The notes under the pieces: generated by a model
What the model saw: only the letters and a program-made list of their open reading frames with translations
Databases searched by the model: none
What the model was told of the DNA's origin: nothing
Assembly: GCA_002748355.1 (NCBI GenBank)
Contig: PDSF01000041.1
Coordinates: 6,293-70,292 of the forward strand
Origin: Planctomycetota bacterium
GTDB taxonomy: Bacteria; Planctomycetota; UBA1135; GCA-002748355
Length of the DNA: 64,000 nucleotides
Direction of reading: 5' to 3'
In this document: positions 27,501 through 35,245 of the stretch, in pieces
Numbering within the stretch: the first letter of the stretch is position 1
Layout: each line of letters starts with the position of its first letter
Program-made: the position numbers and the translations under genes

Positions 27501-29720
27501 AACGCTAGGGTCTCGGGGCTCGACAGTGCTGGCGGTTATGCCGTGCTTGTGCAGCGGCGTTATCGTTGGTTGGGCCCCCGCGTTCAAGGCAAGGAGATTC
27601 GTATCGAAGAGAACGTTGGCGGCGTCGAACTCGTACGTTACTCCGGCTTCGCCGGTAGCGCCGTCACCATTACCCGAGGCAATTTCCAGCTGGGCGTGCT
27701 GCCACGGAGTCCATCGGGTAACGCTGGGGCCTCGGCTTCAGGAGCCGATTACTTGACGAAGCGCCACTTCGTCACCGAGTGGAACAAGGAGCTTTTTACC
27801 GGCGACCCCAATGCCGAAGAGACGATGTGGTGCTATTTCGTTCCGGTATCGATCGCGATCACGGGGGGGCTGAACCTGAGGGATCCGGCAGAGCTGGGGT
27901 ATTCGAATTACCTGCAGATCTACAACCCTAATGATGAGAGCAAGTGTGAGTGGGTACGCTACGACAAGCTTGCGGATAACGGCCGTTACGCCCTGCGCAT
28001 CCACCCCCGTGCTCTTAGGAATCTGGAGCAGCTGCTCACGACGCAGAGGTCGCAGCGGCAAAAAGAACCGAGTGCTCAGGGCCCGTACCAGGTCGATACC
28101 GGCGACCGAGTTCTGGTCGAGCCACCGCGCACGGGGTGGCCCCGTATTGGCGAACCGGACAGCAAAGAGACGGCTCTCGAATACAGCGCCCGGCTGCGCT
28201 TCCGCTTTCGTGGCGACCCTTTTACTGGGACCGCGACCCACGAGCAGGCGAACTGCGATGTGATGCCGGTATTCCGGACGCTGTTCAGCTGGCGCCTCGA
28301 ACTTGGGCGCCCGGGGCGGGGCGATCGCGTCGCGCTGATGACCGGGGCCGATAGCGCCAACCAGTACGTCGATTGGCAGACGGTGAATTGGAGCGCCCGC
28401 GTCGCGGTGGAATACGCAAGCAGATTGCCGCTTGGTGGGAGCTTTGCCAGTCAGGCCGGTGATCCGGTAGGGCCCATCATCCAGGGGCAGAGGGAGCCGC
28501 GTTTCAATCTCGTGGCCCTTAGGGATGGGGCGCAGTACTTGTATCAGGGCCGCCGCTTCGTGCCCGATACCCGGCGCCTGGACCGCATGGTCAAGTTTCC
28601 CTCCGGGGAGTTGCCGATGCAGCTGGACTCCAAGGCCTATGTCGGCCGCTCAGGCATCGAGGGGCTGCCCTTCGATGGTCTCGTCGACAAGCTTCGCGGC
28701 TACCTCGGTCAGGCTGCCCGGGCTGGGGCAAACGGGGCGATCGACTCCCTCTATGGCGTCCTTGCTGCGCCGGTTAGCGCCGCTGACATGACGTGGAAGG
28801 TAGCTTTCAGTCCCTCTTCGTTTTCTATAGGAGGAGCCGGCGTCCATGGAGGTCTCCTCCTGGTCGGCGGTGAGATCGTCGGCTGGACTAGGCGGGATCG
28901 GAGCAACGGGACCCTGGAGATCGCGAGCAATGGCCGCGGTCTGCTCGGAAGCGAGGCTCGCGCCCACGGCGCTGGCACCCATGTGCACTGGGTCTCTTGC
29001 CGGCCAGCGAGCTTCCTCTCCGTCCCCATGCAGGCGAAGGACGACAGCTTTGCGGTGGCCTATGGAAGGGCTCTGCCGCAGCAAGAGGGCACGGTGCTGA
29101 TAGGTAAGGAACTCCTGCATTACTGTTGGTCGCGCTCCCAAGATGGCGGCATGACTCTGCTGCATATGCCGAGCGGCGAGACTTGGTCGCAGGGTGGAGA
29201 GGATTCTCTCGGGCGCTCCGGCCTATTCCGGGGGCGATATGGGACGACTGCGGCGCCGCATGGCAACGGCGAAATGGTCATCTCCTGGCCCTTCCGTTAC
29301 TGGGATCGCTTCAAGGAACGCGCAGATGATCCCGAGCTGGCCTACCTGGGCTTTAGCGCCGAGATGCCGGACATCTTCGTGACCCGGGTCTCCTGGGAGG
29401 AAGAGATTCCCGACCCGACTCTCGACCTGGTCTTGCTAGTGCGCTGTGACGAACGGGCGCCATGGACCGCGGACCCCAGACAGAACCCGTGGCTGTGGCG
29501 TTTTCGCCATCCGCGCAGCCCAAGCGGCGATCCTGAGCTGCGGGTGATGGCTCAGGGCAGCAAGTGGGAGTTCCGCTTCGGCGCTCTCTATCGAAGCGGC
29601 GCCTTTGATCCGGAACGCTTCCGGGCCACTGGCTGGAAGCGCACGCCCATCTTGCGCAAGTTCTCTTGGTCGTACGAGGGGCAGACGCGGATCTTCCGCG
29701 AGCGGGAGAGTTCCCGATGA
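24504..29720 (+). CDS. Giant GspK/PilX-type minor pilin (1738 aa) with a LamG-like domain and repeated beta-modules
   Basis: G|LALLAVLVVLG with no Glu at +5; LHDVQGRI; PFASVEDI; VNINTA; repeated ...G.I.IgxE...Y...RG..GT.A..H modules. Confidence 0.8.
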   Translation: MKRSARAARRGQGPASGGARPESGLALLAVLVVLGIMVALVGPFLVSMSQSGAAAEQEASVREARVLVRSLRDSALQSIAESQGDADPTPSFDGREEFPEYWTPPVLAEEQAGPDAEEHPLGETRPLQVELHDVQGRIFAPTMPQQVWANHFAWWAVLAQDLEPDESEELSIRGGEGLPDAGYIWIDNECVRYERKEGGRLSGLTRGWSPAGEVKAGTIPDPYGPAAKHRSGTSIHDMRVRLLATWAFDPMLKPRRGQRRDFVPFASVEDIARVECEPFGGFARDKVEALRRLLVFDSARVDGGMLGRAERVFNTIRAGETLSLVVKDGSSFPPGTVVCVEIGDSIEWSLVVSLRFQGRGSSARLPGGGRTLVLDRPLALSAGEEEARVRPLLPVPVNINTADAELLALLFEALRSHRLGKQQGGSHDPLPRSKAKLIAERILQMRSYDPESEEAVERPFENWQALHERVLEPLRDEKLLSNAELFHLYAQMMNGLDQRLDQARVPVAFESSGLVEYRAAAAVLSGAGRTLARREVQGLALPQPARSVERLYATQERFDEATRLSRSRPYWSTGPMATTLRQERNYQEPPDPAFAQLLPWLKGESARWPSQSESDSVAMLGTSRLPNLHPFSMGASFPLANHPEGRDLSAQPSEPLLVEVSAETLSTAVRQMIEKVAKGAEALLPMSLRFGSGQGGGMGIGWGLSAWWKPRSLRESVLFDLNGGEAFRNRIFLGLDSQGLSLRLYDNAGQDPDPGVTQPTETALRWEVPIDQAALEKDLWFHTAIEIARGSPSGLALFTDGALLGKPAYLSYAREGLGELSLDLKPEISFAAQLQAMSQPLSVEDGSSFPEKGVYRIGNELYEATRNGNKLNPRLDDSMGGRMARGTFRIQDSGGQNSLQLGQNPGQRGFLNRRAFADACPAGASLELYGYSNPVLRDSFIVPGKAKLQGSCGRWRPLVVLEAPDDVVLNEGSRSLKLGKGLLEDSHTAKLVLGPADGSNARVSGLDSAGGYAVLVQRRYRWLGPRVQGKEIRIEENVGGVELVRYSGFAGSAVTITRGNFQLGVLPRSPSGNAGASASGADYLTKRHFVTEWNKELFTGDPNAEETMWCYFVPVSIAITGGLNLRDPAELGYSNYLQIYNPNDESKCEWVRYDKLADNGRYALRIHPRALRNLEQLLTTQRSQRQKEPSAQGPYQVDTGDRVLVEPPRTGWPRIGEPDSKETALEYSARLRFRFRGDPFTGTATHEQANCDVMPVFRTLFSWRLELGRPGRGDRVALMTGADSANQYVDWQTVNWSARVAVEYASRLPLGGSFASQAGDPVGPIIQGQREPRFNLVALRDGAQYLYQGRRFVPDTRRLDRMVKFPSGELPMQLDSKAYVGRSGIEGLPFDGLVDKLRGYLGQAARAGANGAIDSLYGVLAAPVSAADMTWKVAFSPSSFSIGGAGVHGGLLLVGGEIVGWTRRDRSNGTLEIASNGRGLLGSEARAHGAGTHVHWVSCRPASFLSVPMQAKDDSFAVAYGRALPQQEGTVLIGKELLHYCWSRSQDGGMTLLHMPSGETWSQGGEDSLGRSGLFRGRYGTTAAPHGNGEMVISWPFRYWDRFKERADDPELAYLGFSAEMPDIFVTRVSWEEEIPDPTLDLVLLVRCDERAPWTADPRQNPWLWRFRHPRSPSGDPELRVMAQGSKWEFRFGALYRSGAFDPERFRATGWKRTPILRKFSWSYEGQTRIFRERESSR

Positions 29721-30943
29721 GTCCTTCAGCAAGCGATGCGAGGCGGGGCAGCAGCAGCGGTATGACGCTGCTGGAACTGATGGTCGTTCTCGGGCTTTTG
29801 GTCATGCTGCTCGGGGGACTGGTGACCATCCTGGATCGCTCGCTCTTCATCTGGCAGGTGGGGGAGGAAGGCGCGGATCTGGAAGCGCGGGCGTACTCGG
29901 CCCTCGACAGTATCTCCGGCGATCTCGACCGTATGGCACCGCTCCAGTCGAAGAGCTGGCGCCTTGGCCGCGTGGCTGTGCTGCAGGGGCGTGAGGGGCA
30001 GGTGAGTGCCACTGGTCGCTTCGTTCTTGATCACCTGCCCTATCTTGAGGATGGCAAGCCAGTCGCCATTGAGGATACCGAGGGCAAGGCCCAGCTCTTC
30101 GACTGGTATCCGCGGCTGCGCTTCGTCATGCAGCTCGACCCGATCGAGGCCGAGCGCCGGCTTCGTGGACAGCTGCGCCGGCAGATCCTCGAGGACGAAG
30201 GCGACTTGGGCCGCTCCGAGCTCGAACGCCGGGTGCGCGAGAAGCTGGTGGACCATAGTCCGGAGACTCTCGGGGAGATCCTGCTGCGCGTGCGCCCGCA
30301 GCTTGAGGGCGAGGGCGTCTACCTCGATCTCTATCGGGACTGGCGAAGCCTGGGCGAAGTGAAGGCGGGGCGCTGGGTCGACGGCGCCAGGATGCCGGAT
30401 CCGGGTGAGCCTTGGCTGCGGCACTTGCTCTACGTGGGCCTGAGGCTGCGTTCGCAGTTCACCAGTGATTTCGACGCGGCTCCTGGAGACGAAGCTGCGG
30501 CGGAGTCGGCTTGGGATTCGGCGCGTGCCGGGCTCCTCGGAAGCGATCATCCTGTGCTCGGCTTCAGCCTCGACTTGGATGCACAGAGCGAAGAGGATCC
30601 ACTCGACGACGTCATGCCCAAGGCCTACGAGCTTACGGTGGTCGTCGACGGCGGACCGGGTCGATCGCAGCTGGCCTTCCTCAGCAGCGCCATCGATGCC
30701 AAGGAAAAGCACATCCAAGTGGACTACCCCGAGCGCCTGCCAAACGGCGAGCGCAACCATATAAAGATCGGCCCCGAGTGGATTCGCTACAGCGGGATTG
30801 ACGGCAATCGCTTGCTTGGGGTGCATCGAGGCGTGCGCAATACCAAGGCGCGGCCGCATGCCGCCGCTGCGAGGATCCACTCTGGCCGCGAGGCAGTGCT
30901 GCGCGTGCCGATAGCAGTCTCCCGGAGCAACTGGAATGGATAG
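29717..30943 (+). CDS. Minor pilin (GspJ/PilW-type) with one C-terminal beta-module
   Basis: G|MTLLELMVVLGLL; DDVMPKAYELTVVV; ATGA overlap with the preceding gene. Confidence 0.82.
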   Translation: MSPSASDARRGSSSGMTLLELMVVLGLLVMLLGGLVTILDRSLFIWQVGEEGADLEARAYSALDSISGDLDRMAPLQSKSWRLGRVAVLQGREGQVSATGRFVLDHLPYLEDGKPVAIEDTEGKAQLFDWYPRLRFVMQLDPIEAERRLRGQLRRQILEDEGDLGRSELERRVREKLVDHSPETLGEILLRVRPQLEGEGVYLDLYRDWRSLGEVKAGRWVDGARMPDPGEPWLRHLLYVGLRLRSQFTSDFDAAPGDEAAAESAWDSARAGLLGSDHPVLGFSLDLDAQSEEDPLDDVMPKAYELTVVVDGGPGRSQLAFLSSAIDAKEKHIQVDYPERLPNGERNHIKIGPEWIRYSGIDGNRLLGVHRGVRNTKARPHAAAARIHSGREAVLRVPIAVSRSNWNG

Positions 30944-31376
30944 GCGCAAGACCCAGCAAGGCGGCTTCACGCTGATCGAGATCCTGGTTGCGCTGGCGAT
31001 CCTAGGGCTCGGTGTCGGGACTGCGGTCGGCGGCTTTGTTCGGGGCGCGACGACCCAGGCCCAGGGCGTATTGGTGCGTGATGCCTCGCGCATCGCCGAA
31101 ATCGTCCAGGAGCGCTTGCGGAGCGAGGACCTACTCGGGCGCGACTTCGATGCCCGGCCCCAGGACCTTCTCGACCAGAAACTCGTGGGCTATCCCGGCC
31201 TTCGCTACGACCTCGTCTTCGAGGGCGAAGTGCAGCTGGGCTTCCCCCTCTACGTTCGCTTGACCGTCCGCTGGCTCAGCCGCGGGCAAGAGGTCAGCGA
31301 GATCTTTCGTTTTCCTCTTCCGCGTGGCGCTAGCCTCCCCGCGCGGATCCGAGCGGCACAGGAGTCCTCCCGATGA
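30936..31376 (+). CDS. Minor pilin (GspI/PilV-type)
   Basis: G|FTLIEILVALAILG; 146 aa; YVRLTVRW strand. Confidence 0.85.
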   Translation: MDRRKTQQGGFTLIEILVALAILGLGVGTAVGGFVRGATTQAQGVLVRDASRIAEIVQERLRSEDLLGRDFDARPQDLLDQKLVGYPGLRYDLVFEGEVQLGFPLYVRLTVRWLSRGQEVSEIFRFPLPRGASLPARIRAAQESSR

Positions 31377-32875
31377 AGAAGCCCGCCTTAGTCTCTGTCC
31401 TGCTGGTGATAGCGCTCCTCCTCGGGCTCTCCTCCAGCGCCGCCGCCGAAACCCTGCGTCTGCGCAACGGCGCTCTGCTCGTCGGGAAAATCGAGAATCC
31501 CGATGAGAACGGCTTCGTCTTCCTGCGCATTCGCGATGGCGGGAGGATCCACTTGCGTTGGGAGGATCTGATCCTGCGCGATGCCGAGCGGCTGCGCGCC
31601 TCCTTCCAGCTCCTTGGTCAGAGCGACGGCGACGTGGTGAGCTTCCGCGCCTTCCGGGTCTGGCGCAAGACCAGTGGGGCACCCAAGGCGTTGACCGGTG
31701 AGCTGCTGGGGCGCGATGGGCAGAAGATCCGCCTGCGCATCCTGGGCAATACCATCGAGCTGCCGCTGATGAGCTTGACCGGGACGCCGCAGTTCGTGGA
31801 TGTGCCGATTCGCGAGATCCTGACCCCTGACGAGATCTACCGGCGCAAGCTGGGCGAGATGAATCCGGGGGAGGATGCTGACAAGCACGTGCTGCTCGCC
31901 GACTACCTGATCCGCGTGGAAGAGTTCCAGCGGGCGAAGGAGCATCTGCAGGAGGCGCAGAGGCTCGGCAGTGGGAGCCAACCCAACAAGATCATCGGCC
32001 TGCTTGAGCGTGTGGAGAGCATGCTTGCGAACAAGGCGGAGGCCGATCACTTGCGTGAGATCTCGGTCGCGGCCAACCGCAACAAGTTTCCGAAGGCCTT
32101 GCAGCTGATGGCTTCCTTCGAAGAGAAGTATCCGAGCAGCAAGCTCGCCAGCGAGTTCAGCCGTCGCAAGGCCTTGGTCATGAAGGCGCGTGAGCGCTAC
32201 TTGATCGACAAGGTCACCGAAGACTGGTACCGCTATGCCCGTGACGAAGCAAAGAAGCTGGCCCGTTCGCGTGACCTGGGGGTCGAGCAAGTCCAGGTGA
32301 AGGCTGCCGAAGACATGGGCCAGGCGATTCGTGAGCGCATCGCTCGTATGAGGAAAATCGAAGTGCCGGAAGTCGAGGCGCTTTTCCGCCGGCGCTTCGA
32401 GTTTCCGCTCGTGCCGAAAATCCAGCCGGCGACCTATGGTCAGGGCTCCTGGATTCTGGGCGAGAAGGATCTGATCGCCGGAACCGCGCGCGGCAAGCTC
32501 GCAGAGAAGGCGGAGTCCAATACTATTACGCTGGGGAACCAGGTGCGGCGCGAGCGGGAGCGGCGTCTGCGCGAGTTCATTCGTAGCCAAGGCCGGCGGG
32601 CTGGCCAGAACCCTCAGCAAGCGGCGCAACGACTCGACAGCCCTAGCGATTGGTGGCAGGAGGCTTCGACGCGGGAGCGGCAGCTCTTCATCCTGGCGAG
32701 CTATGCCGAACGTTCGGGAGACATGAAGGTCGAGAGGGCGCAGCTGCGTCCGTGCATGACCTGTGCCGCCTCGGGGCGGGTTCAGGTCCCGACCGCGGAG
32801 GCGGGGCGCATGGTTTCGGTGACTTGCCCGACCTGTCATGGGCTGAAGCACTTCCGAACCATTCGTTTCCGATGA
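31373..32875 (+). CDS. Exported protein with N-terminal small beta-barrels, helical repeats and a C-terminal CxxC...CxxC zinc finger
   Basis: Signal peptide; ETLRLRNGALLVGKI; CMTCAASG...CPTCHG. Confidence 0.75.
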   Translation: MKKPALVSVLLVIALLLGLSSSAAAETLRLRNGALLVGKIENPDENGFVFLRIRDGGRIHLRWEDLILRDAERLRASFQLLGQSDGDVVSFRAFRVWRKTSGAPKALTGELLGRDGQKIRLRILGNTIELPLMSLTGTPQFVDVPIREILTPDEIYRRKLGEMNPGEDADKHVLLADYLIRVEEFQRAKEHLQEAQRLGSGSQPNKIIGLLERVESMLANKAEADHLREISVAANRNKFPKALQLMASFEEKYPSSKLASEFSRRKALVMKARERYLIDKVTEDWYRYARDEAKKLARSRDLGVEQVQVKAAEDMGQAIRERIARMRKIEVPEVEALFRRRFEFPLVPKIQPATYGQGSWILGEKDLIAGTARGKLAEKAESNTITLGNQVRRERERRLREFIRSQGRRAGQNPQQAAQRLDSPSDWWQEASTRERQLFILASYAERSGDMKVERAQLRPCMTCAASGRVQVPTAEAGRMVSVTCPTCHGLKHFRTIRFR

Positions 32876-33867
32876 GGATGCTCTTTGGGGGCGGAGTCCT
32901 CGGTCTGGCTTTGCTTTGCTGTGCCTGCACGGGCCACCGGGTGCCCAGCCCTCGGCCGGAAACGGCTCCGTTGCCCAGCGCGGGGCCAAGCTCCCGTCTC
33001 TCCGCCGATGGCGCCTCGGCGACTACGGGGGCCGAGAGCGCAGTGGAGAAAGCTCGCATTGCCGTGCCGGCGCTGCGGGCACCGGGCTTGGCGGCCTTGC
33101 TGCCGGAGCCGGGCAGGGAGGAGACGGTGCTGCGCTACGGCGAGCGGCGAATCACCCGTGGCGATCTCTTTGAGCGGCTGCGTGAGCGGGAGCCAGCCAA
33201 GGCGCAGGAGCTGATCGAGCTGGCGCTACTGGATGCGCGGGTGCATGAGATCGCTGAGCGCGAGAAGGTCTTTGTGCCCAAGGGCGAGCTGCGTCTGGCG
33301 CTTGGCCGGGAGCTGGCGCGCATGCGCCGGGCCTACCAGCGGCGCCCGGAGGGGGCTGTGGACTTCGATGACTTCCTCATGCGCAGCTATGGCCTCGACG
33401 AGGCTGGCGCTCGCAAGCGTGCTGAGCTGCTGGCCTACCGCCGGCTACTGCGGGCCTATACCGTGCGCTTCTGGCTGCGGCAGCGGGGGCAGGTCGGTTT
33501 GCAGCTCTTTGTGGCGGCGGACGCCGAGGCCGCGGCACGGGCGCGCGAGCAGATCAGCCTGGGAGCGGACTTTGCCGCACTCGCTCAGAAGAACTCGCGG
33601 GATCAAAGCGCTCGCGGCGGTGGCCGCTTACCCCAGCTGCCGCTGGGCCTCGGGCATCCGCTCGAGAAGCTGGCACAGGGCGTGCCCGTTGGCGGACTCT
33701 CCAAGATTGCCGCTTACGGCAAGGCGGGTCCCGCCTTCGTGCGGGTGCTGAGTCGCCGGGCGCCGGATCGCCGGAGCTTTGCCGAGATGGCGGAAGACCT
33801 GCGCTCGGAGCTGGCGCGGCAGCCGATTGCCGCCCACGAACTGGCCTTATTCTTGGCGCAGAACTAG
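32872..33867 (+). CDS. Parvulin/PpiC-type peptidyl-prolyl isomerase lipoprotein
   Basis: Lipobox-like LCCAC; GADFAALAQKNSRDQSARGGGRL rotamase motif. Start moved to ATG 32872. Confidence 0.75.
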   Translation: MRMLFGGGVLGLALLCCACTGHRVPSPRPETAPLPSAGPSSRLSADGASATTGAESAVEKARIAVPALRAPGLAALLPEPGREETVLRYGERRITRGDLFERLREREPAKAQELIELALLDARVHEIAEREKVFVPKGELRLALGRELARMRRAYQRRPEGAVDFDDFLMRSYGLDEAGARKRAELLAYRRLLRAYTVRFWLRQRGQVGLQLFVAADAEAAARAREQISLGADFAALAQKNSRDQSARGGGRLPQLPLGLGHPLEKLAQGVPVGGLSKIAAYGKAGPAFVRVLSRRAPDRRSFAEMAEDLRSELARQPIAAHELALFLAQN

Positions 33868-33911
33868 CGGGCTAGAGAAGAACTCGCGCAGCGGGCTCTC
33901 CGGCTTCTGCT

Positions 33912-35018
33912 ATGCTTCGGCGCTTCTGGGCGGGGAGGGCCGAGATGATTCGACGTATCGACGAAGAAACGGGCCAGTTGCGGGACGAAGACACAGAAGC
34001 GAAGCCAGGGCCCGAAGGGCGGCTTGGCGATCTGGCGGAAGAGGTGGCGGCGGAGTCTGGGGCGGCGGCTTCTGAGTCCTCGGAGAAGAGGGCTGCGGAA
34101 GAGCCGGGACAGAAGCCGGGAGAGGCAGAAGCCGAGGGCTCCAGCTTGAGCGGCGAGGACCAGCCCTTGCCGGGAGAAGAGCCGGGCTCTGAGGCTGCAG
34201 CCGAGAGCGCGGAGCGCTGGCCCGAGGAAGCTGCGGCCGAGCCCCCGGTCTCCGAAGAGGCGGTTTGCGAGGACGCTGCCATGCCCGAAGAGGCGGCGGT
34301 GGTTCAAGATTCAGGCCCAGAGCCGGGGGGAGAGCCCAGCGAGGCGCAGGAGCTTGGCGAGGCCGCCGCCGCGCCAGTTTCGGAGGAGGAGCAAAGGCTT
34401 CAGGATGCCGAGTCGGAACTCGGCCCGGCTGCTCCCGATAGCCAGGTCGAGAAACTTCCCGAGCACCAGCTCTTCTTGGACCCGGAGGGGGAGGATCGGG
34501 AACGACTGCTCTCGGTCCTGGAGGCCCTGCTCTTCGCCTCACCCGAGCCGCTTTCCCATGCGCGCCTCTCCGAAATCGTGGGGCTTGGCATTGGCGTCGT
34601 GAAGACGGCGCTTGAGGAGCTGCAGCTGCGCCTCGACCAGGAGCAGCGCCCCTATCAGCTGGCTAGCTACGGGGCTGGATGGCGCCTCTTCACCCGCCGC
34701 GAGTTCTATCCCTTCCTCCTGCGCCTGCGCAGTATCAAGAAGGTCGAAAAACTGACGCCGGCGGCCCTGGAGACTCTTGCCATCGTCGCCTATCGCCAGC
34801 CGGTGATGCGCGCCGACATCGAAGCGATCCGCGGTGTCAAGGCGGGGCCGATGCTACGGGCCCTGCTCGACCGCAAGCTGGTGCGGGTTCTCGGCCGGGC
34901 GGAAGTCCCCGGTGCTCCGCTGCAATACGGGACGACCCAGCGTTTTCTCGACCGCTTTGGGCTGGCCAGCCTCAATGACCTGCCCTCGCTCAAAGAGTTT
35001 CAGCAGGGGCGCATCTGA
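33912..35018 (+). CDS. scpB: SMC-Scp complex subunit ScpB with a long acidic N-terminal extension
   Basis: LEALLFASPEPL, LETLAIVAYRQPVMRADIEAIRGV, GRAEVPGAPLQYGTT..FLDRFGL. Confidence 0.93.
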   Translation: MLRRFWAGRAEMIRRIDEETGQLRDEDTEAKPGPEGRLGDLAEEVAAESGAAASESSEKRAAEEPGQKPGEAEAEGSSLSGEDQPLPGEEPGSEAAAESAERWPEEAAAEPPVSEEAVCEDAAMPEEAAVVQDSGPEPGGEPSEAQELGEAAAAPVSEEEQRLQDAESELGPAAPDSQVEKLPEHQLFLDPEGEDRERLLSVLEALLFASPEPLSHARLSEIVGLGIGVVKTALEELQLRLDQEQRPYQLASYGAGWRLFTRREFYPFLLRLRSIKKVEKLTPAALETLAIVAYRQPVMRADIEAIRGVKAGPMLRALLDRKLVRVLGRAEVPGAPLQYGTTQRFLDRFGLASLNDLPSLKEFQQGRI

Positions 35019-35245
35019 AGCAGGCGTTCTGCCTGGGCAGAACAGCGGCGGTGGGCCAGCTCTCAGGGCTTGGGGCCGGTGATGCTTTGGGCCCAAGGGG
35101 CGACTGGCCCGTCTTTCGCTTTTCGAGAGACTTCTTCACTGTCCAGTTTTGGGGCTGGCTCTCGTCGCGTGCTATGCTTCTCGGCTTTTCTTCGAGGGAT
35201 CCCCCCTCGAATCTTGCCCTAGTCCGGCCTGCGAGCTCCGCTGCG

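Noticed and set aside
15191-33867. Pilin operon as a prophage tail region
   Set aside because: The phage-like modules are embedded in proteins with class III prepilin signals; there are no capsid, terminase, portal or integrase genes.
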